Below are positions 19,442 to 27,987 of a stretch of 64,000 nucleotides of DNA, piece after piece. Positions within the stretch are counted from its first letter, which is position 1. Each line of letters begins with the position of its first letter. The translations under genes were made by a program, and so were the position numbers. The stretch comes from an uncultured virus (IMG/VR IMGVR_UViG_3300032222_000250) (Duplodnaviria > Heunggongvirae > Uroviricota > Caudoviricetes), in the IMG/VR virus record IMGVR_UViG_3300032222_000250, one strand, 5' to 3'. Below the pieces are notes generated by a model. That model did no database searches. It was not told the origin of the DNA and saw nothing but the letters and a program-made list of their open reading frames with translations.

Positions 19442-20394
19442 TAAACTATAGTATAAAATATGAAGGAATTAATGATGATAAAAATTGTTTTTATTATTCG
19501 TTAAATTCAAAAACAAATAAAACCGTGATTCTTAGAGTTTATAATTCTTATTTGAATTATAAAGAATACGATGAGACAATAGAATTAACTCCCAACTTAA
19601 AATTTTGGACTTGTATTCCGTCAAACAATAGTAATCGTTATGTTGAGTTTAGAGATTTAGAAACTTTGGAAATTGTTGGTCTTTTTGGATTGGAAGGTTT
19701 GCAAGATATTGAAGACTCTGACGATTTAAAGTATGTTAAAACAATTTTTAATGATTTAAAACCTGGTGAAAAACATAATGTTTATACTGTGTTTAATGAA
19801 ATAACGACTCACAATGTTTATAATAATGATTATGTTAGTGTTGAAGAAAATGATTTAGTTATTGATATTGGATTTAATTATGGTTTATTTTCACTGACAA
19901 GCTTAAAATATAAACCATCTAAAATTATTGCATTTGAACCCAACCCAAAATTAGTTAAAACTTTTACTGAATTTTACAATGGCAATATAATAACATTACA
20001 TCAAAAAGCGGTTTCTAATGAAAATGGTCGTACTGTTTTTTATGAAAATTTAGACCCTGGCATGTCAAGTATTTTCCAAGAAATTAATAATATTACTCGT
20101 GGGGAATCATATGAGGTTGAAATTGTTAATTTTAACAATTTTATTCTTCATAATAATATAGATAAAATTGATTATCTTAAAGTTGATTGTGAAGGTGCAG
20201 AATATGGTATATTTGAATCTATACCGTTTGATTTTTTAAAGGATAATGTAAAAAAAATTGCAATAGAGTTTCATCATCAAATTAAAGATGAAAAAGTTCA
20301 AACGTTAATCAATAAACTTAAAAATTGTAATTTCACTATTAAAATTGTTTATGAAGAAAATTCAAATATTGGATTAATTTATGGAAAAAAATAA
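19438..20394 (+). CDS. FkbM family methyltransferase with N-terminal extension
   Basis: VIDIGFNYG, IAFEPNP, IDYLKVDCEGAE and IEFH. Confidence 0.87.
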   Translation: MINYSIKYEGINDDKNCFYYSLNSKTNKTVILRVYNSYLNYKEYDETIELTPNLKFWTCIPSNNSNRYVEFRDLETLEIVGLFGLEGLQDIEDSDDLKYVKTIFNDLKPGEKHNVYTVFNEITTHNVYNNDYVSVEENDLVIDIGFNYGLFSLTSLKYKPSKIIAFEPNPKLVKTFTEFYNGNIITLHQKAVSNENGRTVFYENLDPGMSSIFQEINNITRGESYEVEIVNFNNFILHNNIDKIDYLKVDCEGAEYGIFESIPFDFLKDNVKKIAIEFHHQIKDEKVQTLINKLKNCNFTIKIVYEENSNIGLIYGKK

Positions 20395-22249
20395 TATACT
20401 TTTAATTCAACTTTGGTTAGGTAAAATACCTGATTATTTTTGGTATCATTACGAGACCACTAAAAACTTAATTGGTTTTAATTTTATATTATTTACAGAC
20501 CAAGAAATTGAATTGGATTCTAAGAATTATACAGTTATTAATACAACAAAGGAAGATATTGAATTAAAACTATCAGGTAAATTAAATTATAAAATTAAAA
20601 TTAATAACAATAGAAAAACCTGTGATTTAAAAGCGTCTTTTGGGGATTTATTTGAAGAATATATTAATGGTTATGATTATTTTGGATGTTATGATATTGA
20701 TACATTATTTGGTGATGTTTACGGTAGCATATTACCTTATTTAAATAAATATGATTTTATTACTATTGGTGATGAAACTTTTCATAATAGATTGTCAGGT
20801 CCATTCTTAATTATGAGGAACACCAAAGAGATAAGAACATTATATAAAAAAGGTGATTTTATTAAATGTCTGTCAAACAATGAGGTTGAATGTTATGAGG
20901 AACATACTTTGAGTGATTTGGTAAAAGAAACCCATGAAATTAAAATTGTAAGTTCAATGAACTGTGAAACAAATAATGGTGGTAAAAATACTTATGATGT
21001 TCATTGGAAAGGTGGAAAATTATTAATAAATGGTGAAGAAAAAATTTTGTATCACTTTTACAGGAAAAACCATACAATTTTTCAAAAAGTAGGAAACCAA
21101 ATTTTTGGTAGGTTTAATAAAAACTTTATTGAGGATTTTTATTGGGTGTTTGGGTTTACTGAAAATTACTCACAAACAATCCCATTTTTAATGAATTCAA
21201 TAAATAAATATTCCAATAGAAAATGTGTTATTTACTCAATCAATTTTGACTACAATATTCCCAATAAATTTTTAACTAGTGAACAATTTATTTTCAAAAG
21301 AATTGACATTGAACCAGGTAAAAAAGATTCAAGAGGTAGAGATGAAAATATTATTAGTTGTAAACCAAGATTAATGTTAGATGTTATTGATTTTTTACCA
21401 AATAAAAAATTCATATTCATTGATAGTGATGTTTACATGACAGTTGCTTCAGATGATATTAGTAGTTATTTCAGTCAACTTAAAAACTACCCATTAATTA
21501 ATCAACACTCACACGATAAACTTTATTTATGTAATATTATTGATGGTGAAGAATGGACAAGTACTGTTGATATTTTAGCCGACGCAACAGGAATTGAGAT
21601 ATGTGTTTTTCCAAGAAGAAAAACAAATGTCATGTTATTTGATTATAAATCAAAATGGTTCTTCCAAGAACAATTACAGATGTATGATGAATATAGAGAC
21701 AGCAGACCTGGTATTTTTACATTACATGATGAAGACTCTGCAAATGTTATACTATCTAAGTATAAATTAACTAATTCAATACATCTTTGTGATATTGAGG
21801 AATCTTCAAATATTAATATTAGTAAGTTTACCGATATGAATCATCCATTTCATATGACAGGTATTTCTGATTTTGTTAAACTGCCAAAACACCAAAATGA
21901 TGTAGTATGTTTTCATAATTTAAAAAATGAAGAACAATATGTTAGAATTGAAAATGATTACAATAATCATGTTATTGATTGTGAAGAAATTTTAGTTTAC
22001 TATAAAGACAATTCAGTCTTTTTTGAAAAAAATTCTTTTTTAACTACTAAACATATTGACGAACATGTTGACTTTATAATTAAAGATTTAAATGGTAACA
22101 TTGTTAATGTTTTAGCAAATCAAAATTTACAACAATATTGGTTATTTTACATTTCAGATATAGAATTAACCGATAAAAGTTATATTATTGAAATAGTTAA
22201 AACAAATAGTAGGGTAAAAATCTACAATAATTTATTACAGGTAATATGA
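20381..22249 (+). CDS. Two-domain putative glycosyltransferase (DUF6625-like plus a second GT-A-like domain)
   Basis: WLGKIPDYF, CDLKASFG.LF and YFGCYDIDTLFGD; the second domain has CKP, FIFIDSD and HDED. Confidence 0.6.
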   Translation: MEKNNILLIQLWLGKIPDYFWYHYETTKNLIGFNFILFTDQEIELDSKNYTVINTTKEDIELKLSGKLNYKIKINNNRKTCDLKASFGDLFEEYINGYDYFGCYDIDTLFGDVYGSILPYLNKYDFITIGDETFHNRLSGPFLIMRNTKEIRTLYKKGDFIKCLSNNEVECYEEHTLSDLVKETHEIKIVSSMNCETNNGGKNTYDVHWKGGKLLINGEEKILYHFYRKNHTIFQKVGNQIFGRFNKNFIEDFYWVFGFTENYSQTIPFLMNSINKYSNRKCVIYSINFDYNIPNKFLTSEQFIFKRIDIEPGKKDSRGRDENIISCKPRLMLDVIDFLPNKKFIFIDSDVYMTVASDDISSYFSQLKNYPLINQHSHDKLYLCNIIDGEEWTSTVDILADATGIEICVFPRRKTNVMLFDYKSKWFFQEQLQMYDEYRDSRPGIFTLHDEDSANVILSKYKLTNSIHLCDIEESSNINISKFTDMNHPFHMTGISDFVKLPKHQNDVVCFHNLKNEEQYVRIENDYNNHVIDCEEILVYYKDNSVFFEKNSFLTTKHIDEHVDFIIKDLNGNIVNVLANQNLQQYWLFYISDIELTDKSYIIEIVKTNSRVKIYNNLLQVI

Positions 22250-22794
22250 TAGAAAATATACATTTATGGAAAGCCGACAGAGGAACTTATTTTGACCGAA
22301 ATGTTAACATAATTTCTTGGAGTGATGAATATGAAATCCATGTCGGAAAGTACTGCTCAATTGGAAGAGACTGTAACTTCTTCTTACATGCAAATCATAG
22401 ACCTGATTGGATAACGACAAGTTCCCAATTATGGGGACCTGTTACTCCTGAGATTGCAGGTATGCACATGGAGATGGGTCACCCATCTTGTAAAGGTAAT
22501 ATTATGATTGGAAATGATGTTTGGATTGGTGCAAAATCAACAATAATGTCAGGAGTTAAAATTGGACACGGGGCAATTGTTGCCGCAGGCGCATTGGTCA
22601 CCAAAGACGTTGAGCCTTATTCAGTTGTTGGAGGAAACCCTGCAAAACATTTAAAATACCGATTTACTGAAGAGCAAATTAAAGATTTGTTGGATATTGC
22701 TTGGTGGGATTGGGAAGAAAGTAAAATTAAAGAAGAAGCCATGATTTTATGGAGTCAAGATATAAATTTTTTCATAGAAAAACATAAAAAATGA
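22246..22794 (+). CDS. CatB/Vat-like hexapeptide O-acetyltransferase
   Basis: VGKYCSIG, NH, IGNDVWIG, VTKDVEPYSVVGGNPAK and WWDW. Confidence 0.88.
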   Translation: MIENIHLWKADRGTYFDRNVNIISWSDEYEIHVGKYCSIGRDCNFFLHANHRPDWITTSSQLWGPVTPEIAGMHMEMGHPSCKGNIMIGNDVWIGAKSTIMSGVKIGHGAIVAAGALVTKDVEPYSVVGGNPAKHLKYRFTEEQIKDLLDIAWWDWEESKIKEEAMILWSQDINFFIEKHKK

Positions 22795-23633
22795 TTACAG
22801 TTGAATATAATTCAGAAGGTATTAAAGTTAATGTTGGTGAGATTAGTAAGTATAATAAAAACTTACCATTAAGATTAAAAATTAAAAAACACGTAAGTGG
22901 TGAGGAACAATGGGCAACCGATTTAAATGACAATTGGTTTGCGACATTCCCAAATACTGAAATGTATGATGTTGAAATATATGATACCAAGGATAAATTA
23001 GTTTATAAAAAAGTGTGGGATATTATGGAACATGGAAATCATTTCTATAAGTCTTTGTGGATGTTTAACAAGGGTATTTTGTCTAATGGTAAATTCCCAA
23101 AGGGATTGGTTGTTGGAACTCACGATGGTGAGTTTGGTGAGTGGGTACCAATTGTTCAAAAACGTGAATGTAATGTTGTTTTAGTAGAGGCATCAGATAA
23201 CCAATACAATCAATTAAAAAATAATTACAAGAACAATTCAATGGTTAAAACCATTCAAAATTTAATCACACCTAATGGTGGCGAAGTTGAATTCTTTGAA
23301 GGCGGTGCGGGATATACAAATACCGTAGTTGAAAATGTTATTAGACATTGGGAAACAGAAGAAATTAACTCAACAAAACGAGATTCAATTAGTATTACAG
23401 ATTTAATTTTAAATGAATGTGATGGACATATTGATTGGTTACATCTTGATGTTGAAGGTTTAGATGCTCAGTTAATTATGGGTATTGATGAAACAAAAGT
23501 CCAACTACCAAATTTTATTATATTTGAAGACTATAATTTAACCCAAGATAAAAAAGATGAAATTTATGGTTGGTTACATAATAAAGGGTTTAAAACCTTT
23601 TCTGAAGGCGGTATTTGTGAAGCGGTAAAATGA
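22791..23633 (+). CDS. FkbM-like methyltransferase domain protein
   Basis: VVGTHDG, VLVEA, IDWLHLDVEGLD and IIFE. Confidence 0.7.
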   Translation: MITVEYNSEGIKVNVGEISKYNKNLPLRLKIKKHVSGEEQWATDLNDNWFATFPNTEMYDVEIYDTKDKLVYKKVWDIMEHGNHFYKSLWMFNKGILSNGKFPKGLVVGTHDGEFGEWVPIVQKRECNVVLVEASDNQYNQLKNNYKNNSMVKTIQNLITPNGGEVEFFEGGAGYTNTVVENVIRHWETEEINSTKRDSISITDLILNECDGHIDWLHLDVEGLDAQLIMGIDETKVQLPNFIIFEDYNLTQDKKDEIYGWLHNKGFKTFSEGGICEAVK

Positions 23634-24019
23634 TTTACAATTCAAAAATATACATAGACCAAAGTCCTGTTCATGGATGGGGGGTGTTTGCAAAAGAATT
23701 GATTAAGGAAGGTGAAATTTTTGAAGAATGTCCTGTAATTACCTTACCAATTAATAAAGGTGAATCATCATCATTATTAATTGATTATAGATTCAATTGG
23801 CCACAAGGTGTGGAATGGGAAGAACAAGTATTTGCATTTGGGTATGGTGGGTTATACAACCACAGTGAAAATGCCAATGCTTATTGGGTATCAAATACTG
23901 ATGAAAAAACTTTTAGATTTATTGCCAATAAAGATATTCAACCAAAAGAAGAAATTTTTGTTTGGTATGGTGATATTAATTATTGGAATGACGGAAGAAA
24001 TCATACAAATGTAATTTAA
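23630..24019 (+). CDS. SET-domain lysine methyltransferase
   Basis: SPVHGWGVFA, YNHS..NA and IQPKEEIFVWYG. Confidence 0.9.
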   Translation: MIYNSKIYIDQSPVHGWGVFAKELIKEGEIFEECPVITLPINKGESSSLLIDYRFNWPQGVEWEEQVFAFGYGGLYNHSENANAYWVSNTDEKTFRFIANKDIQPKEEIFVWYGDINYWNDGRNHTNVI

Positions 24020-24189
24020 TTTCTTTTGTAACCGTTAAGTTTGTTGAATTTTTCCAATACTTTAAGTGAGTCAAAGTAATTCTTTTCGGCTCTTTCAATT
24101 TCTTTCATATTAGTTGTGCTTTCAAGAACTTTATTATATTCTTTTTCAGATTCTTCAACTAAATTTTGTATTGTTTTAATGAGTTTCAT
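24016..24189 (-). CDS. Small hypothetical protein (57 aa, MKLIKTIQNLVEESEK...), not in the ORF track
   Basis: Open frame filling the gap, preceded by the TATTTATA motif on the minus strand. Confidence 0.6.
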   Translation of the reverse strand: MKLIKTIQNLVEESEKEYNKVLESTTNMKEIERAEKNYFDSLKVLEKFNKLNGYKRN

Positions 24190-24229
24190 CACTATATAAA
24201 TATCTCCAAACTTTACTATAATTACAAAA

Positions 24230-25210
24230 ATGACTTGGAAAGATAAACTTATATTTGTTTCAGCACAACCAGATGTACCGTATTTTCATTGGCAGTGTGA
24301 AGTATATTTAAATAATTTTATTGAGTTGGGTATTCCAAAAGAGAATATTCATGTTTTATTTGCAATGGTTAATAAAACAACCGAGTTATCTGATGGTGCA
24401 AAATATTTAAAAAAATATACAGAAAATATTCATGGGTATATAGACAACCGTGAAAGAAAACATTACATACCAAGTATTAAACCTTATTTATTATATGAAT
24501 GGATTAAAGAAGACCCAAAAAGAGGAGAGTTATTTTTTCTACATGACTCTGACATTGTATTTAATTACCTTCCTGATTTCAGCAATCTTATAAACAATGA
24601 TTATATCTATATGTCCAATACTCGTGGATATATAGATTTTAATTACATTATGGATTGTGATGGTAGGTATAAAGAAAAACATCCCCAATTAGATTCAGGA
24701 CAACTATTGAGAGAAATGTGTGACATTGTTGGTGTTGAACCAAGTGTTGTTAAAAAGAATGATGTTAATTCAGGTGGTGCTCAATATGTGTTTAAAAAAC
24801 AAGATTGGCAAATGTGGTATAAAATTTATAAAGAATCCACAGGTCTTTATGACAAACTAATGAGATTCCAACGAAAGTATCCAATATCACCAGGTGAGAT
24901 ACAATTTTGGACTGCCGAAATGTGGTCAGTATTATGGAATCAATGGTGGTGGAATAAAGAAACAAGGATTACCAAAGAACTTGATTTTTGTTGGGCGACT
25001 GATAAGATTGAAACTTGTAATACCAACCCAATATTACATATGGCTGGTGTAACTGATAACCTTAAAAATACACTATTTTTTAAAGGTGATTATATTAATA
25101 ATAACCCAATTGAACTTTTGAAATATAATGTTGAGTATTTTAATTATGTTGATAAACAATCAGCAACTTACAAATACATAAATGAAATGAAAAAAATAAT
25201 TCAAAAATAG
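24230..25210 (+). CDS. Putative protein O-glycosyltransferase resembling plant SGT1/HPAT (GT96/GT95-like)
   Basis: Motif order YFHWQ, YIPSIKPYLLYEWI, LHDSDIVF (DxD), GGAQY, WTAEMW and ILHMAG parallels the SGT1/HPAT motifs as I recall them. Confidence 0.6.
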   Translation: MTWKDKLIFVSAQPDVPYFHWQCEVYLNNFIELGIPKENIHVLFAMVNKTTELSDGAKYLKKYTENIHGYIDNRERKHYIPSIKPYLLYEWIKEDPKRGELFFLHDSDIVFNYLPDFSNLINNDYIYMSNTRGYIDFNYIMDCDGRYKEKHPQLDSGQLLREMCDIVGVEPSVVKKNDVNSGGAQYVFKKQDWQMWYKIYKESTGLYDKLMRFQRKYPISPGEIQFWTAEMWSVLWNQWWWNKETRITKELDFCWATDKIETCNTNPILHMAGVTDNLKNTLFFKGDYINNNPIELLKYNVEYFNYVDKQSATYKYINEMKKIIQK

Positions 25211-25220
25211 AATTATCTGT

Positions 25221-25228
25221 TATTTATA
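25221..25228 (+). promoter_or_regulatory. Putative phage late promoter motif TATTTATA (representative copy)
   Basis: The same motif or a close variant precedes starts at + 30228, 33345, 41754, 44468, 47469, 48432, 54029 and 60655, and at - 24202, 43108, 53120, 60374 and 60600. Confidence 0.65.
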
Positions 25229-25246
25229 GTATAGTAGTTTTTTAAA

Positions 25247-27637
25247 ATGGCAAATTATTCAATAATACCTTGTTCAGGAGGACCGTCAGTTGTTGCTGAT
25301 TTTGGTGCATTTACACCAACAACCGGAAAGGTATATTATTTAACATTCTCCTTTGGTATTACTGATGGGTGTTATACTATTGTATCAATTACTGGAAGTG
25401 CGTTTATTGGCACGGTTACGACAATGTCGTCTCAATATGATACTTGTAGTGAATGTGAGTTAGCGACAACACCAACGCCTACACCTACTAATACAGAAAC
25501 ACCAACGCCTACACCTACTAATACAGAAACACCAACGCCTACACCTACGTTAACACCTACACCAACTAGTTGTGTTTGTAGATTTTTGGATGTTGTAATA
25601 ACACAAGGTGATATAGATGACGCGACAGGAAATACAAACACAGCATTAAATGGTAAAGTATATCTTTTTTACACTGATTGTGAAAGTAATCCTACTAGTG
25701 AGGAATACTCAGTTGCTAGTGCGTACACGCATTCAGTTTGTGCGTTAGCTAGTCAAATAGGTGTATTAACAGATACGTATTATTTTAAAAATAATGTATC
25801 AACTAATGGTACGTCAACATGGACTGATAGTAATGATTGTTGTTTTTTGGGTACACCAACACCAACACCAACAAATACAGAAACACCGACAGTAACACCA
25901 ACTAATACTGAGACTCCAACGGTAACTCCAACAAATACAGAAACTCCGTCAGTATCCTCAACTTCAACGACAACACCAACTAATACTCAAACGCCAACAG
26001 TAACGCCAACTAATACTCAAACTCCTACAGGAACTCCGTCAGTATCTCCAACTTCAACACCAACAGTAACGCCAACAAATACTCAAACGCCAACAAATAC
26101 TCAAACGCCAACAGTAACTCCAACTAATACTCAAACGACAACAGTAACGCCAACTAATACTCAAACTCCTACAGGAACTCCGTCAGTATCTCCAACTTCA
26201 ACACCAACAGTAACGCCAACTAATACTCAAACGCCAACAAATACTCAAACGCCAACAGTAACTCCAACTAATACTCAAACGCCAACAGTAACACCATCTA
26301 TTACACCTACAGATTATGCGTTTAATATCTATACGTTTAAGGATTGTTGTAATGAAACAAATATTTTTAGATTTAATACAATATCATCAACTTTAATTGT
26401 TGGACAAACATTTTATATAACAAGTACTGGGTTTACTGGTTGTGCTGAAGTAATACCATACGAACCAATAGGTGAAAATTATTCTGGTGTTGGAGTTGTC
26501 TTTACTGAACAATCTTCTTGTGATGATGGGTTTTGTCCAACATGTCCTACACCAACGCCAACTCCATCAGGTCCTGTAGTTGATTGTACTTGTTTAGAGT
26601 ATCTATTGTATAATAGTAATTCTATTGATGTATATGTTGACCACATTGATTGTTATGGTCAATTTAGAGAATTTTTAGTTGTTGCAGATACAACAGTATC
26701 GTTATGTGCATGTGAAAATTCTGTTATTGCACCTGAGGGTGTGTATATAACCTTAATTGGTGAATGTCCTGCACCATCTTCAACCGTCCAACCTACACCT
26801 ACACAAACACCAACACCATCATTAACACCATCAGCAGGTTGGAATTTATGTCCAATTGATGAGTATTGTTTATTAACATATTTCCCAACAACAGAATTAT
26901 ATGATGGTACTTATTATTCTGCCGGTACACAAAATAATAGAGTATACTATTCAGGTGATACTGGATTTATATACTACACGGGAACTTATTGGTGTCTAAG
27001 TGCAACTTTAGGTGGTAGTTGTATCTTACATGGTAAAATACCAAGTTCATCTATATGTCCTGATTTATGTGATGAAGTGTTTAGTTCAGGAACTTGTGTT
27101 ACAACAACATCAACAACAAACCCTTGTAATGTGTTTGATTTTGATGCGTATTTTTATTGTGATGTATCAACGACAACTACTACAACAACGATAACTCCTA
27201 CACCAACACCAACGCCAACACCAACGGTAACTCTTACACCAACAACCAACCCTTGTTTATTGGTTGGTGCAAATATTACTTTTACAGCATATACAACCAC
27301 AACTACAACTGTCTTTAGCCCAACACCAACACCAAGTCCAAATTATGGTACTCCGGTTAGTGGTGATGTGACTTATCAGTTGGTTGACACAATATTTGTA
27401 TGTCCTGGTCAAACATATCAGTTTCAAGAGTGTAATACAAACAATATGTATTATTTGGAACCATCAAATGTGTTTGTTGATGTTGATTTAATTACCAACT
27501 ATTCATACAATATGACCATAAACGGAACTCAATCATGTTACACCTATATTGGTGTGAGTTCAACATCTCCAAATTCAACAGCGTCTGTTGTTGTTGATTG
27601 GTTTGTAGATTGCTCAACATGTCAAGATAGTTTATAA
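25247..27637 (+). CDS. Cys-rich, Pro/Thr-repeat (mucin-like) putative virion protein
   Basis: Long [10 protein letters not shown] tracts separate Cys-rich modules; TATTTATA motif upstream. Confidence 0.75.
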   Translation: MANYSIIPCSGGPSVVADFGAFTPTTGKVYYLTFSFGITDGCYTIVSITGSAFIGTVTTMSSQYDTCSECELATTPTPTPTNTETPTPTPTNTETPTPTPTLTPTPTSCVCRFLDVVITQGDIDDATGNTNTALNGKVYLFYTDCESNPTSEEYSVASAYTHSVCALASQIGVLTDTYYFKNNVSTNGTSTWTDSNDCCFLGTPTPTPTNTETPTVTPTNTETPTVTPTNTETPSVSSTSTTTPTNTQTPTVTPTNTQTPTGTPSVSPTSTPTVTPTNTQTPTNTQTPTVTPTNTQTTTVTPTNTQTPTGTPSVSPTSTPTVTPTNTQTPTNTQTPTVTPTNTQTPTVTPSITPTDYAFNIYTFKDCCNETNIFRFNTISSTLIVGQTFYITSTGFTGCAEVIPYEPIGENYSGVGVVFTEQSSCDDGFCPTCPTPTPTPSGPVVDCTCLEYLLYNSNSIDVYVDHIDCYGQFREFLVVADTTVSLCACENSVIAPEGVYITLIGECPAPSSTVQPTPTQTPTPSLTPSAGWNLCPIDEYCLLTYFPTTELYDGTYYSAGTQNNRVYYSGDTGFIYYTGTYWCLSATLGGSCILHGKIPSSSICPDLCDEVFSSGTCVTTTSTTNPCNVFDFDAYFYCDVSTTTTTTTITPTPTPTPTPTVTLTPTTNPCLLVGANITFTAYTTTTTTVFSPTPTPSPNYGTPVSGDVTYQLVDTIFVCPGQTYQFQECNTNNMYYLEPSNVFVDVDLITNYSYNMTINGTQSCYTYIGVSSTSPNSTASVVVDWFVDCSTCQDSL
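25853..26310 (+). repeat. Pro/Thr coding repeat tract containing a ~144-bp tandem duplication
   Basis: ACTCCTACAGGAACTCCGTCAGTATCTCCAACTTCAACACC occurs at ~26021 and ~26165, within many CCAACAGTAAC.CCAAC.AATACTCAA units. Confidence 0.9.
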
Positions 27638-27978
27638 TGGCAATTGATATAACAATAGCATCAATAACAGGACAATCACCATATGATATTTATATCTGTG
27701 ATTCAGTTGTGGCAAACTGTGTTTATATTTCAACCATACAAAGTGGGAATACACCATACATCTTTACAGTTCCAGCCCCATTAGATAATCAAACTTCTTT
27801 GTGTGTTAAAATTGTTGATAGTAATGAGTGTGTATTTAGTTACTGTTTTGTTGGTTATATAACCCAAACACCAACTCAAACACCAACGGTTACTCCAACT
27901 AAGACTACGACACCAACGGTTACTCCAACTAATACTACAACACCAACAACAACACCAACAATAACACCAACAGCATAA
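27637..27978 (+). CDS. Small Ig-like virion protein with a Pro/Thr tail
   Basis: ITGQSPYDIYICD..CVKIVDSNEC followed by TPT repeats. Confidence 0.65.
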   Translation: MAIDITIASITGQSPYDIYICDSVVANCVYISTIQSGNTPYIFTVPAPLDNQTSLCVKIVDSNECVFSYCFVGYITQTPTQTPTVTPTKTTTPTVTPTNTTTPTTTPTITPTA

Positions 27979-27987
27979 GAAAAAATA

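Noticed and set aside
22246..22794. Antibiotic-resistance gene (catB/vat)
   Set aside because: The fold is shared, but it is embedded in a glycan-modification operon, so sugar O-acetylation is more plausible.
1730..25210. Bacterial LPS or capsule locus
   Set aside because: There are no flippase, polymerase, export or priming transferase genes and no membrane proteins, and it is flanked by virion genes.
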